NCBI GenBank assembly: GCA_964016885.1
Contig: OZ024756.1
Location: 28,272,001 to 28,336,000, forward strand
Source of the DNA: Eledone cirrhosa
Taxonomy: Eukaryota
Direction of reading: 5' to 3'
Length of the DNA stretch: 64,000 nt
Position 1 is the first letter of the stretch; each line of letters begins with the position of its first letter. Both the position numbers and the translations under genes were made by a program. Under the pieces are notes generated by a model. That model worked only from the letters and a program-made list of their open reading frames with translations, had not been told where the DNA came from and searched no databases. Shown piece by piece: positions 12,337 through 25,165 of this stretch.

Positions 12337-13507
12337 CAACGGTTGCCAACCAATGGTCTGCGGATCACTGGTGGTCCGCAAAAAAATTTGGACATTATTT
12401 GCAATTTTTATGTTTTATTAATAATAAAACAAAAATAATATTCGGTTAAAATATATTTTATAACACCCCTAAAAAATGTTTCTCCTCAGTAAAGAATTTT
12501 ACACTTCTGTATCATCTATCAACAATGACACACGGACATACAATTCAGTATTGTTTAATAAAATGGAAGTTCTCTGATCATTATTTTAGTGGATTGGCAG
12601 AATTGGTAGAGGGTTGGACATGCTTTCCAGCATAGTTACGTCCCTTTACGATCTGAGTTCAAATCCCGCCAAGGTTAACTTTGCCTTTCATCTTTACGAG
12701 GTTGATAAAATAAAGTACCAGTAATGTACTGTGTATGTGCTGGCCTTGTGCCGAAAGTAGAAACAATTATTTTACAAAGGTATGGATCATTATTTTACAA
12801 AGCGCTTGGATTGACAGTATCAGTAGAAGGTCGGACGCCATGATTTGCAGCATAGAGTTACGGCCCTTTACGGCCTGAGTTCAAATCCCACCGAGGTTAA
12901 CTTTGCCTTTCATCCCTACGGAGTCGATAAAATAAAGTACCAGTAATGCACTGGAGTCGATTTAATCGACTTTCCCCTCCTCCAATATTGCTGGCCTTGT
13001 GCCTTTATAAAAAACCATTATTATTATTATTAATTATTATTATTATTATTATGGCGATGGATTGGCAATATCGGTAGAGGGTCGGACGCCATGCTTTGAC
13101 GCATAGAGTTACGGCCCTTGCCATTCTGAGTTCAAATCCCGCCAAGATTAACTTTGCCTTTCATCCTTAAATAAAGTACCAGTAATGCACTGGGTAATTG
13201 CTGGCCTTGTGCCAAAAGTAGAAACAATTATTATTATTATTATTTTTATGAGGAGTTAAAATCACCATTGAATTATGAAATTTAGATCATTGCACTAAAT
13301 GCCATAGAGTATTTAGTTCCGTTTGCTGGTATTCTTATAAAATAAAGTGCCAATCACACAGTGGAGTAATTGCTGGCCTTTGCCAAAAACAGAAACAATT
13401 ATTTTACAAATGTATTTATCTTTTTTTAAAAATTCATATTAGTGGTCAGCGGGATTTAAACTTATGAATTTAGTGGTCCGTAAGGTCAGAAAGGTTGGTG
13501 ATCACTG
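12337..13507. mobile_element. hAT-type MITE with 8-bp target-site duplication and nested SINE copies
   Basis: CTCTAAAG on both sides (12329-12336, 13508-13515); TIR-like CAACGGTTGCCAACC / GGTTGGTGATCACTG. Confidence 0.8.
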
Positions 13508-13844
13508 CTCTAAAGGATATATAAACCAATCTTCCATTTCACCACCGATTTTTTTATCACATATTCTTCGGCTTATATTCAAATATATACAGTATATACA
13601 AGTATATTTAGCATTCACATTACTCTATATATACTATTATATTTTCATGGTAAATGCTTTACCTCGCCTAATTATCTCACATAATATCGAATCTATGAGA
13701 TTTTGAAAGTATTTATTTTGAGAACAATACCTTAACATCAATTTGAGTGACCAGTTACAGCCAGTTTCAACAGAAAAAGGTAGAGAATTCTGACCGGTTT
13801 GAACATTAAAGGGTTAACATGAAAGAGTAAAATCGAAATCTTAC

Positions 13845-13924
13845 TTTGAGGTGATGTTTTCTCCAGGTGTGTAAAAAGGATTGCATAGCATGTCAACATA
13901 AGCGTTGTGTAGCTTTTTAAACAT
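13845..13924 (-). CDS. TRAPPC2L: TRAPPC2L exon 4
   Basis: TTTCAG acceptor, GTAAG donor; [26 protein letters not shown] with the sedlin-family NPFY motif. Confidence 0.95.
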
Positions 13925-14039
13925 CTGAAATATACAAATTGAAATATGTATACATACATACATAAATAAATACATAGAGGAGGAAGAGAAGGAGGAGGAG
14001 GAGAATGAGTGGAAGGAGAAGGAAGAGCAGACTACTTAC

Positions 14040-14127
14040 ACTTCTGATTTCATTGTCACGCAGTGATGTGTTGGAGGACTCCACAACAATTACAAACTTC
14101 ACTTTGGTATTTGTCACATAGCCATAC
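14040..14127 (-). CDS. TRAPPC2L: TRAPPC2L exon 3
   Basis: CAG acceptor, GTAAGT donor; [29 protein letters not shown]; phase compatible. Confidence 0.95.
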
Positions 14128-14284
14128 CTGATAGATATTAAGTCAAGGAAGACTTACATAGAATTCACCGCCATGACAAGCAGTAACACAGGGCATACCC
14201 CCCCCCCCCCCACAACCATCAAATTAGTTATGTAAATGCTAAAGAGTTAACTGACAATATAGCAATGTTACAGCCATCAAAATA

Positions 14285-14459
14285 CAGGTAAAATTCCATT
14301 ATAACGAATACATTATAACGAATTTTTCAGTATAACAAATTTTTTTTCAATCCCCAGCCAGACGCTCGATGTGTTAGGTTGATCTCATTATAAAGAAATT
14401 TTTGTTACAACAAATTTGTTTATATACCTCATGAATTTCGTTATAACGGAATTTCACTG
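14285..14459. mobile_element. Tigger/pogo-like MITE (second copy 16488-16642)
   Basis: TA flanks; TIR CAG(G)TAAAATTCC.TTATAACGAA / TTCGTTATAACGGAATTTCACTG. Confidence 0.7.
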
Positions 14460-14924
14460 TACTTCAAGTACTTTTAGAACAAGATATTGAAGAGACTGCT
14501 ATGAGCTTGTTAGATATTGTAGAAATAGCTGACAAATTTCCTTCATATTTCCTCTCCCATTTTTAAAAAGACAATCTATTGAATAATATATTCCAAGAGA
14601 TGGGATGGTCATGGTAGGAATGACCTGGAGATACAACTACTGCTGCTATTGTTGCTAAAGTACCTCCAGTGATAGCTAGAAATAGCAACCAAATCTTCTT
14701 TAACCTCTTCAGTGCTGTAGACAAGATAACTTGTCCTAACATGTTTGAACTCTTTTCCAACAGTTCATAACTTCAAAGCTAGATGGGGTTAATAGTTTAT
14801 TGATGTGACGTTTGTCAATCAAAATAGTCATTTTACTGAAAAAAAAAAAAACCCTGGCACAGCAACTTTGGCTGTGTAAAATATATCTAGCAGTCAACAG
14901 ATTAAATCACAACCTGCCATCTCA

Positions 14925-15745
14925 TTCATCATCATCATCAGTCGAAATGGACTCAACAATTGATCTCCACGTGGGTCTGTCATTCATTGCCGCTGCCAAG
15001 TCCTGGATTTCAATACCAGAATCTCTGGAGATGACATCAGGATAGGAGAGCTTGCACCCCCTGTTATTAGTGACTGCTTGTGGTTTCCAAAGCACTAATG
15101 GAGACACAGCCTCGTAGGTGGCACGATGGCAGTGGTCAGCAAATTGGGATAGAGCTTGCACCCCCTGTTATTAGTGACTGCTTGTGGTTTCCAAAGCACT
15201 AATGGAGAGACAGCCTCGTAGGTGGCACGATGGCAGTGGCCACTAAATCTTACTCTTTTACGTACAACAACAGATATGCGTGGGAGGCCGGCATATATCT
15301 CTCTCAAAAGCAGATGTCGGCAGCTTATGTTCTGAATGTGTTGAAGCAGGCAAGTGTAAGTGTCATCAAGGTGCTTTTGTTGTTTGCAGATTGCCTACAA
15401 AATGCACAACAACTCTCCAGGAAGCAGCCGCCCTTGTTGGCCTTTATCTCAATGAGGGTAAAACAGAGTACATATCAAACTGTACGGCAACAGCATCAAA
15501 GCAATCAACAGCAGTGATATCAAGCAAGTCAAGGATTTCAAGTATCTTGGGTCCTGGATCATGGATTCTGAGAAGGATTTCACCACCAGAAAGGCCCAAG
15601 CATGGTCAGCTTGCAACAAGTTGGATCGAGTTTGGCACTCAAATCTTTCCAACCACACCAAGATCAGACTCTTCCAAGAAACAATTCAACCAATCTTGCT
15701 GTATAGAAGTGAAACATGGACGCTTTCATCCAAACAACAAAAGTC
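14925..15745. mobile_element. RTE LINE with internal inversion and ~80-bp internal duplication, inside the U12 intron
   Basis: ~15310-15745 (+) FKYLGS..LLYRSETW; 15305-14925 (-) RFSGHC..LVLW..DRPTWR with (GAT)n tail. Confidence 0.8.
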
Positions 15746-15884
15746 ATCTCAAATGAAGGACATATTGAATAATGTAATCCCTGATATACAAAATGAAAAA
15801 AAAAAAACAAGAGAACAGTCATAGGTCTGCTTGATCAGGGCTGACCTAGGGCTAAAAAGTAGCAGTGAACATGTGGTAGGATAC

Positions 15885-16057
15885 ACTTTATAGTCTTCTG
15901 TTGGATAAAGTAACCCCAAGTAGAGTTCTCGTAGGTCATTGGTGTTTTTACCGACAGAAGAGATTTTCTCTTCAACCACATCTAACGATGTGTGAACTGT
16001 ATAATAGAACTTGAGTTCATTGTCTGTTGGAATGGTTTTGATGAACAATGGGTAATT
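15885..16057 (-). CDS. TRAPPC2L: TRAPPC2L exon 2
   Basis: CAG acceptor; [57 protein letters not shown](V); 173 nt; donor GTATCCTAC. Confidence 0.95.
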
Positions 16058-18001
16058 CTGCAAGAAAAGACATTGAAATAACATCAAAAACAAAACTAAA
16101 AAATAACATTCAATATTATTCATGAACAGTATTTAACCCATTTAAACCGGCCATATCTGGCCAGAATTCTCTCATCACTTTCTGTTCAAACTGTTCGTAA
16201 CTGGCCACTCATACTGATGTTAACGTATTGTTCTCAAAATATATAATATCAAAATCCGTTCTACTGATACTGCCAATCCGTCGAAGGATTTTAGATAAAT
16301 ATAAACATTTTAAAATAAAGTTTTCTATTGTAGAATCAGAGGTGGCTTCAGGTGATTTGGCATCAAATGGGTGACAATTTTCTAATGATTTGGATTTTTT
16401 ATCATAAATAACTGTAGAAGAAAAAATGTTCATCCTTTCGAGGTCAATAAATAAAGTACCAGTCATGTACTGAGGTTGATTCTTCTACAGGTAAAATTAC
16501 GTTATAATGAATACCATTATAGCGAATTTTTCAGTATGACGAAATTTTTTTCAATCCCCGGCCACACGCTCGTCATAAAGAAGTTTTCGTTACAACGAAT
16601 TTTTTTTTACCCCGTAAATTTCGTTATAACAGAATTTCACTGTTTAACTTTTTCTCTTTTCCCCTCTCTCCCCATCAGGAAGAAATCGACTGAATTCATA
16701 CTTTGGAAGAGAACGAGCTTTGCTAGATTTTAAATGCCCAAGAATTGCCAAATATCATTACAATACTCCTATGACTCCATCAAATTTCAATTAAATTATA
16801 TAATGTTTGCAATATTTTTTTAAATAATGGCTTCTGATTTAGGCACAAGACCAGCAATTCCGGAAAAGGGAAATGTTGGTCAAATTAATCTCAGTGCGGG
16901 ACTGATACTTTATTTCATCGACCCTGTAAGGATGAAAGGCAAAGCTAACCTCAGTGGGATTTAAACTCAGTCCGCAAATGGCCGCAACTCTATGCTGCAA
17001 AGCATTTTGTCCGGCGCTCTACCGATACTGAAAAGCGATCGGTCGGTAAAGTCCCAGTGTTTAATCATGTTGCAAGCACACCAAAACACTATTTACATGC
17101 ATCACACACCCTGCTGCACATCGCTAACATCATCTTGCGAGACCTTCCAGGTAGAAGCACCGGGACTCCCCAACATCACCACCACTACAAAAATACATGG
17201 AGTATAAAAATTAAAAAAACTAACTTGAAAAAAAAATAGTTGGCGTTTTTAATGATCTCCTACATGAAATATATTAACTCTTCATATCTGCAGTTATGTT
17301 TTATTATCAACATGACAGCCATGCAGACGTTCCGAATGATGATTGAGCTGTGAGCTGTATTTAAGACAGCCGGTCAAATAGACAGATATATAGTCAAATA
17401 GACAGAAACGTTCAAACAGACAAATAGACGGTCAAATAGGCAAAAGGATGTTTATATACACAGAAATAAATACACGCACAAAGAGACAGTCAGACAGAAG
17501 GACGGTGTAATAGACTGAAAGATACAAATAAACACCTCAATTATCAGATAAGCACATCAAATGACGGTCTATAGAAAAGAACCTCTACGTGCTCGGTTAA
17601 ATAGCTAAAAACAGCCAATATTTTTTTTCCATCGCCACACCCACCAACGTCTTAAAAATGGGGAAAATTAATTAGAAAATGCAGTTTTAAGACGTTATTG
17701 TCAAGGGATGATTGTCAAGGGGTGATTTCGATAATAGGTCTACTCATTCAGGGCTGACATAGGGGTTAAATGACAACAATAACATTTTGCCGCAATCGTC
17801 AATTTTCTCATCTAGTAATATCTATTGCGAGAGGTGTGTTGAGGAAAATCCAAACAGAGAAAATAATTCCTTGAAATACCGAATTGTTTTGCTCCCAATT
17901 TTAATGAATTTATACAATTGAAATTCAATGACATGGTGGAAAGTTTAATGTGAATAAATAAAAACGAAGAGACGAAGTAAATAAAGGTGAGAACTTTGTA
18001 C

Positions 18002-18034
18002 CTCTTTCGCGACGACAGCAACACATACGGCCAT
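18002..18034 (-). CDS. TRAPPC2L: TRAPPC2L exon 1 (MAVCVAVVAKE)
   Basis: ATG at 18034, GT donor at 18001; matches the known TRAPPC2L N-terminus MAVCIAVIAKE. Confidence 0.93.
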
Positions 18035-20442
18035 TGTTGTGGAATGAGAGGAGAGAAAGAAGATAGTAATAGCGAGGAGGAGCAGAGAAAGATAGTAATA
18101 GCAGAGGGGAGGAAGAAGGAAAGACAGTGATAGCAAAGGGGGGGGGGGGGCAATAATAGGAGAAAAGATAGAGAATAATAACAATGGGAAGGAGAAAAGA
18201 GAGAGTGTAATAGCAAAGAAGAGGAGAAAGTAGAGAGAGAAACAGTAATAGCAATAAGAAGAAAAGAAAGACAGTAAGAATGAGGAGGAGAGGGGAGAAA
18301 TTGTAATAGCAAAATTACGGTAAAGCGGAGGAGGAGAGGGGAAAAGAGAGTAACAGTAAGACAGACGTGTGGGGGGAGTAAGTGATAGGAAGGTGCAGGA
18401 GAGGAGGGAAAGTATGAGCAAAGGTTGATAGAGTAAGAGATAGAAGGGTGAGATATAGATTGCGCGAGAGGTGAAGGAGGAAAAAATTAAGTAGGGGAGA
18501 GGTCGGAGAAACGAGTTAACAACTGTATGAGAGCTCAGAGAAACAGGAGTTAACACTGAAGGGGAAGAAAGAGATTGAATAAAGCAGGGAGAGTAAGTAG
18601 AGAGAAGGAAACTACAAAAAAGAAGGAGAGAGGGAGAGAATTAATGAAGGCAGAGGAGAGAAGTTTGTGACAATAAGGTTCATCTACAGACGCAATATTA
18701 TGGACCATTCTGTTACAGAATCCTTAGACGGTTTCGTGTTTGAAGTTATCTTATTTCACATATATCGCTAATGATCTTGAGAAATTTCCCATCTTTTATT
18801 AATTAATAACCTTGATTCGAGGAAGGAGCCACTTAGTAGTCGTTCAATCTGTTAAAAATAGCAGCCAAATCTCCTTCAATTAAAAATAGCAGCCAAATCT
18901 CCTTCAATAAACCGCACCTTGCTGTCTTAAAAGAGAAGAAAACATTGGTGTTGCCCTCTACACATGACATCTCGGCTGCAGCGCTTTTCATTGTAAGTAT
19001 ACTCGATGAAAACTGGTTTGAGGCTAAAAGGCATCAATATACACATATATAGGAAACAGGTACCCAGAGAAAAGTTACCAGCGTTTGAGTTAGCGTAACA
19101 TTTGTACACTTGGGCTTCTGAATTACCTCCCTTACATGAGAGCTGGCCACGTCTCTTGTTTCAGTGACTACGGAGTGGAGAAGAACCAGAGGACGGCCAA
19201 AGGCCAGATGACCTGACCCGATACCTCAGCCCCACATGGCTAGAGATAGGAAACAGTGGAACTCAACTAGGGAGGTGTTCCTTCAATAGGAGTGAGGAGG
19301 CCTTGGATTTGGGGATTTGGACAAGAGATCAGCAGATTTCAGCTTTGTTAATATAATTTCTCACCATACTTGCCAAACACTTTTTTCTTTCACTGATTAG
19401 CTTCTCTCAGCGTCGAGAATTTCATTTCATTGAATGTATCAATGTGATCGAAAATGGTTGTTTTTTTTTTTTTTACTAGTTAAAACATTTTATTTTTATT
19501 ATATATTGAAAAGAGACCCATATATCACAAAAAATACATACTATATGAGAGAATAAGGTATCAGTTGGTCACGGAGACATTCATATATAAATAGAATAAA
19601 ACAATAACAATAATGATTTCTAGTATAGGCACAAGGCCAGTAATTTTTGTGGGGAGGAGAAAGTCGATTAAATCGACTCCAGTGTGTGACTGGTACTTTA
19701 TTTTATCGACCTCGCAAGGATGAAAGGCAAAGTTAACCTCGGCGGGATTTGAACTCGGAACGTAAAGGGCCATAACTCTGCAGCAAAGAATGGTGTCTAA
19801 CGTTCTACCGATACTGCCAATAATTGTAAAAATACACATACACGTACACCAGGTCCGAACTCCCACTGCCATCGCCTCCATCTCTCTCGCCCTTCCCATC
19901 TCACACACGTACACCAGATCCGAACTCACACTGTCATCGTCTCCATCTCTCACTATTATGAGCAAATGGGGTCTCACGCGCTGGCCGCCCCACGTCCCCG
20001 GCTCACAGAATAGAGAAGGCGTTTCCCCGAAGGATGGTAAGGGAGATAGGCTGGAAGAGCCATTCCATCTTGCGAGGCTCGATGGTCGTTATAAGCCAAT
20101 TTTCGACGTAACAGAACCATTAGTCAAGTCTTAAGTTACTGACATTCATCCTTTTTATACTTGGCTGTATAATTAGCGCACTCTCACTATATAATTCACA
20201 TATAATTTGTCAATCCTGAATTAGATGTACGTGTTTACAAGTGTGTGCGTAGTTCTGCGCGTGCGTTACTATGTGTGTGTGTGTGTATCTGTGAGTGTGT
20301 CTTGTAAGAATAAATTTTCTGAATTGATCTTTTAATGACGGTATGGTGTGATTTGAGACGAATTTGGTTGCTATTTCTCGCAGGTAAAACAACTGCATTG
20401 AAGCTCACACATTAGTTCGGAAGACCTAAAACGATTAGGCTA

Positions 20443-20637
20443 TGTAGCCGGTAAACCCTAAAGGGACGTTTCACCGGCCTCTTCCTTCTGTTGTCTTATG
20501 TATTTACGTGTAGATGTAACTAAAGTGTAACGACTAAATGATTTTAACAATTGATGGTGGAAAAGATTTCAAATTGTCTTAACAATCGTCTTAACTCGGG
20601 CCGCTACTAATGGTGTCTGACATTCTTACCGGCTACA
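20443..20637. mobile_element. Small element with 12-bp TIRs and TA flanks
   Basis: TA-TGTAGCCGGTAA ... TTACCGGCTACA-TA. Confidence 0.5.
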
Positions 20638-22065
20638 TAACCTCTTCCTAAATAAAATGATAAAATGAAGCAATTGTCTGCTTATTAATTGAATTATTAT
20701 TTAATCTGATAAATAAATTCTAATTTTAGTCTGTCTGCAAATAAAACGATCTCCGTACTTGTTTCAACCTCGTAAATTAATTTCCTCAGATATTGACGAC
20801 CAAGGGACAACCAATGCCGGATTTACCATTGTGCTCTGGGACCCGTTGGCCAGGAGTATGGCCCATCTTCCTGCCCTAAAAAATGTTTGCGATGATTCTT
20901 TCTACGTTTATTAATATATAAATGTGGAATATTTATTTACAATAATAAACTGCTGTTGTCTCGTCTGGACAATTACCTTCACCGCGGTCGAGGCCGTAAC
21001 AATTTTGTGCAAATTATGTTAAATTTAGTTTGATAGAGGAGTTATTTCCCTTTGACTATACAAGAAAGATTTTCAGGGATGATGCTTATTTTATTGATTG
21101 GTTCTTATCAAACTGCTAGGTTAACACAGATACAAACGTAAACACCCAAAGTTCTACACAGTCGGACTGACCTATGGTCCCACACAGTGGGACTGAACCC
21201 AAGGTGCCACTTAAAGGGACAGTACCTGAGGTGTCACATTGAGAGACGGTACCCGAGGTGCCACACAGTGGGACTGAACCCATGGAGTCACACAGTGTGA
21301 CTGAACCAATGGTGCCTCATAGAGGCACGGTACTCGAGGTACCACACAGTGGGACTGACCCGAAACCATGTGGTTTCCTTCATAATGAAGCCTTACCTCT
21401 ACCTATTTTGTCCACATGTTTTGATTAATTTTTTTTTTTTAATATACGTGAGTGAATAATAATTGTTTCTACTTTTGGCACAAGGCCAGCAATTATCCCA
21501 GTGTATTACTAGTACATTATTTTATCGAGCCCGTAAGGATGAAAGGCAAAGTTAACCTCGGCAGGATTCGAACTTAGATCATAAAGGGCCGTAACTCTAT
21601 GATGCAAAGCATAAAGTCCGACCCTCTACTGAATATTATAATCTATATATGAATTTCTGCGATTCTGTCACAACATGTAAAGAGAGAGGTGTAGTTTGAC
21701 TACCTCATACTACTCCTCTCTCTTTACGTCTGTTGCGTGTGTGAATGTATGTGTGTGTAAAAGGAAGGAAGGGGTGGTGAAAAAACTATACCAAAATAGC
21801 AATTGGCATTCTATTATGCTGTGTGTGTGTTTGTGAGTGTATTTTTGTAACTGTGTCTGTGTTTGCATGTTTATATTATATACTCATACATATAAATGTA
21901 TGCACATGCACACATACGCATCAACGTATTGAAAAAAATCCTACTAATATAATATTATTTCAAATCCCGCCAAGGTTAACTTTGCCTTTGATCCTTACAG
22001 GGTCGATAAATAAAGTAGCAGTTATGCACAGGTAATTGCTGGCCTTGTGCCAAAAGTAGAAACAA

Positions 22066-22258
22066 TTATTAATATTCGGTTTGTTTATAAGTAATCAGCC
22101 TCATAAAACACCATGTGATAGATGATAACGTCATCTTTTGTTTCAGAATTGTCAATTGTTTTCTCTCAGCTACCGCTGGAACGAAAGGATGGTGTTGTCA
22201 TCTACCATGTGATGTTTTATGAAGTTGTTTACTTGTAAACAAACTGAATATTAATAAT
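22066..22258. repeat. Imperfect inverted repeat (~80-bp arms), probable old MITE
   Basis: AATATTCGGTTTGTTTATAAG.. vs ..CTTGTAAACAAACTGAATATT. Confidence 0.65.
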
Positions 22259-23378
22259 ATTATAATATTATTGTTCACTCTGTTGGCAAAGAAGGGTTTC
22301 TCCCTACAAACGAAAGGCCAGTTATATGATGCCTGTGTGAGATGTGCGATGTTGCATGGTAGTGAGTCACGGGCGGTGGGTTGGCAGTATCGGTAGAGGG
22401 TCAGACACCATGCTTTCTAGCATAGTTAGATCCCTTTACGGTCTGAGTTCAAATCCCAATGAGGTTAACTTTGCCTTTCATCTTTTCGGAGTCGATAAAA
22501 TAAAGTACCAGTAATGCACTGGGATAATTGCTGGCTTTGTGCCAAAAGTAGAAACAATTATTATTCACTCAAATGCAGGTAGGATCTATAGAGATGGTTG
22601 ATAGCTTCCGATACTTAGGTGATCAGATTAGCAAGGGAGTTGGTGCTCCAAGGCCATAGTATCTAGAATAAGGACGCGTTGGATGAAGTTTAGGGAGCTG
22701 CTTCCTCTGTTGACAAAGAAGGGCTACTCCCTACAAACAAAAGGCCGGTTATATGATGCCTGTATGAGGTGTGAGATGCGAGATGCTGCATGGTAGTGAG
22801 ACATGGGCAGCAACTGCAGAGGATATGTGATTGCTGGAGAGAAATAAAGCAAGCATGCTCTGTTGGATGTGCAATGTCAATGTGTGTGAACCACCAAGCA
22901 TAGACGAGTTGAGAGAGAAACTGTGTATAAGATGGATAAGCTGTAGTGTGAGGGAGAGAAGACTGTGTTAGTATGGACATGTAATGTGCATGGAGGATGA
23001 CCGCTGGGTAAAGAAGTGCCAAGATATCTCTGTAGAAGGAAGACGCAGTAAAGGAAGATCATGAAAATCATGGGCGGAGGTGGTTAGAGCTGACCTCAGA
23101 TCACTGAAGCTCACGGAGGAGATGACGAATGGAGAGGTGCTGTTCTGAATAGGACTCATCCCACCCTTGCAAGCAAGGAAAAGCGGACGTAAAATGATGA
23201 TGATGATGATGATGAATACATTTAGGTATCCACCATGTTAAGAGCAAAAATAAATTTTGATGAATTTTTTTCAATAATCAAGAAAATAATCTCATTTCTC
23301 TGCTGGGAAGCTGCAGTTCGGAACATATCCTAACAGAGGTTTTTTTACATAAAATTTTGAGGGTAGGTTTAAATTTAA

Positions 23379-23586
23379 CACTTTAGCATTTAAACCAGCC
23401 ATATCCGGCCAGAATTGTCTCACCTCATTCTGTTCAAACTGGTCATAACCAGCTGCTCATACTGATGTTAAGGTATTGTTCTCAAAATAAATAATATCAA
23501 AATCTCATAGATTTGATACTATGTGAGGTAAAGTCTTCACTGTGAAAATATAATGGTTTATATAGAGTAATGTAAATGCTAAAAGG
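23379..23586. mobile_element. piggyBac-like MITE with TTAA TSD (copies at 25538-25745; partial ~8605-8780, ~16135-16260)
   Basis: TTAA-C(A/C)CTTTAGCATTTA...TAAATGCTAAA..G-TTAA. Confidence 0.8.
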
Positions 23587-23714
23587 TTAAACATAATGTT
23601 TGAAAATGGAGAGTTTTATGTCATAGAACCAGGGGCAGTTTTTAGTGGGTGGGTGTGAGGGAAAGAGGTATGAAAATATTTTAAAGTGTATGACAACATG
23701 TAAGAGGTGCCACT

Positions 23715-24275
23715 TTAACATGTGATCTACCTTGCCATTTACACTTTAGCATGTGGTCTACCTGGTTATTTACATTTTAGTATGTGGTCTACCTGGTTAT
23801 TTACATATCAATGTGGCCTACCTGGTTATTTACACTTTAGCATGTTGTCTACCTGGTTATTTATAATACATATCAAAATGTGGTCTCCCTGGTTATTTAT
23901 AATACATATCAGAATGTAGTCTACCTAGTTATTTACATTTCAAAATGTGGTCTACCTGGCTATTTAGATTAGATTCTAGTGTGTGGTCTATCTGGCTGTT
24001 TACACTTTGGCATGTATTTTACCTGGCTATTTACACTTCAATGTGCAGTCTACCTGATCACTTACAGTTCATCTTGTAGCCAACCTGCTCATTTACACTT
24101 GAGTGTATGGTCTACCTGGCTATTTACAGTTCAGCATACAGACTACCTGATCATTTATAGTTCAGCATGCAGACTACCTGGTCATTTATAGTTCAGCATG
24201 CAGACTGCCTGGTCATTTATAGTTCAGTGTGTTGTCTACCTAGTCATTTACAGTTCAGCATGCAGACTACCTCAC
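23715..24275. repeat. Degenerate ~30-bp minisatellite (TGTGGTCTACCTGGTTATTTACA..)
   Basis: repeated CTACCTGG..ATTTA motif, drifting along the array. Confidence 0.8.
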
Positions 24276-24519
24276 CTACAAAAAAAGAATAATAATCCAA
24301 GCCTAACCTGATTATACAACATAGACGACAGATACTGTGGTAGGGCACACATTAAGTAAACCACTGTGTAAGATTAACCAAAGTATACAGGAATCATGTT
24401 AAGTTATTAAATAAAACTAAACAAGGAGATTTAATTATCATAGAATTGTTCAGTGAAACAATGTCGTAATTGTAGATCTATGAATATTTTGAATGCCTTT
24501 CTCACCTTTATCATGAAAT

Positions 24520-25165
24520 ATATATGATCTTCACCTTTATACCAACACATTTGAAGTTTTCACTTTTATACCAACACATGTGAAGTCTTCACTTTTATAT
24601 CAACACATGTGAAGTTAGTCTTCACTTTTATACCAACACATGTGAAGTCTTATCAATGCATGTGAAGCCTTCACCTTTATACTAACACATGTGAAGTCTT
24701 TACCTTTATACCAACACATGTGAAGTCTTCACTTTTATACTAACACATGTGAAGTCTTCACTTTTATATCAACACATGTGAAGTCTTCACTTTTATATCA
24801 ACACATGTGAAATCTTATCAATGCATGTGAAGCCTTCACCTTTATATCAACACATATGGAGTCTTCATTTTTATACCAATGCATGTGAAGTCTTCACTTT
24901 TATATCAACACATATGAAGTCTTCACTTTTATATCAACACATATGAAGTCTTCATTTTTATACCAACGCATGTGAAGTCTTCACTTTTATATCAACACAT
25001 GTGAAGTCTTCACTTTTATACCAACACATGTGAAGTCTTCATTTTTATACCAACACATGTGAAGTCTTATCAATGCATGTGAAGCCTTCACCTTTATATC
25101 AACACATGTAAAGTCTTCACTTTTATACCAACACATGTGAAGTCTTCACTTTTATACCAACACAT
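24520..25165. repeat. 29-bp minisatellite AACACATGTGAAGTCTTCACTTTTATACC
   Basis: about 22 units. Confidence 0.9.

Larger units (their letters stand above)
14128..15884 (-). other. U12-type (minor spliceosome) GT-AG intron, TRAPPC2L intron 2
   Basis: 5' site GTATCCTAC; branch box TTCCTTGAC (14150-14142) ~15 nt from the CAG, with no polypyrimidine tract. Confidence 0.85.

Noticed and set aside
17812-18556. Long minus-strand ORFs over the TRAPPC2L start
   Set aside because: Low-complexity pyrimidine-rich upstream sequence; only the 33-nt exon 1 is coding
18990-19450. Possible solo LTR starting TGTAAG
   Set aside because: Only a weak terminal inverted match, no TSD and no second copy
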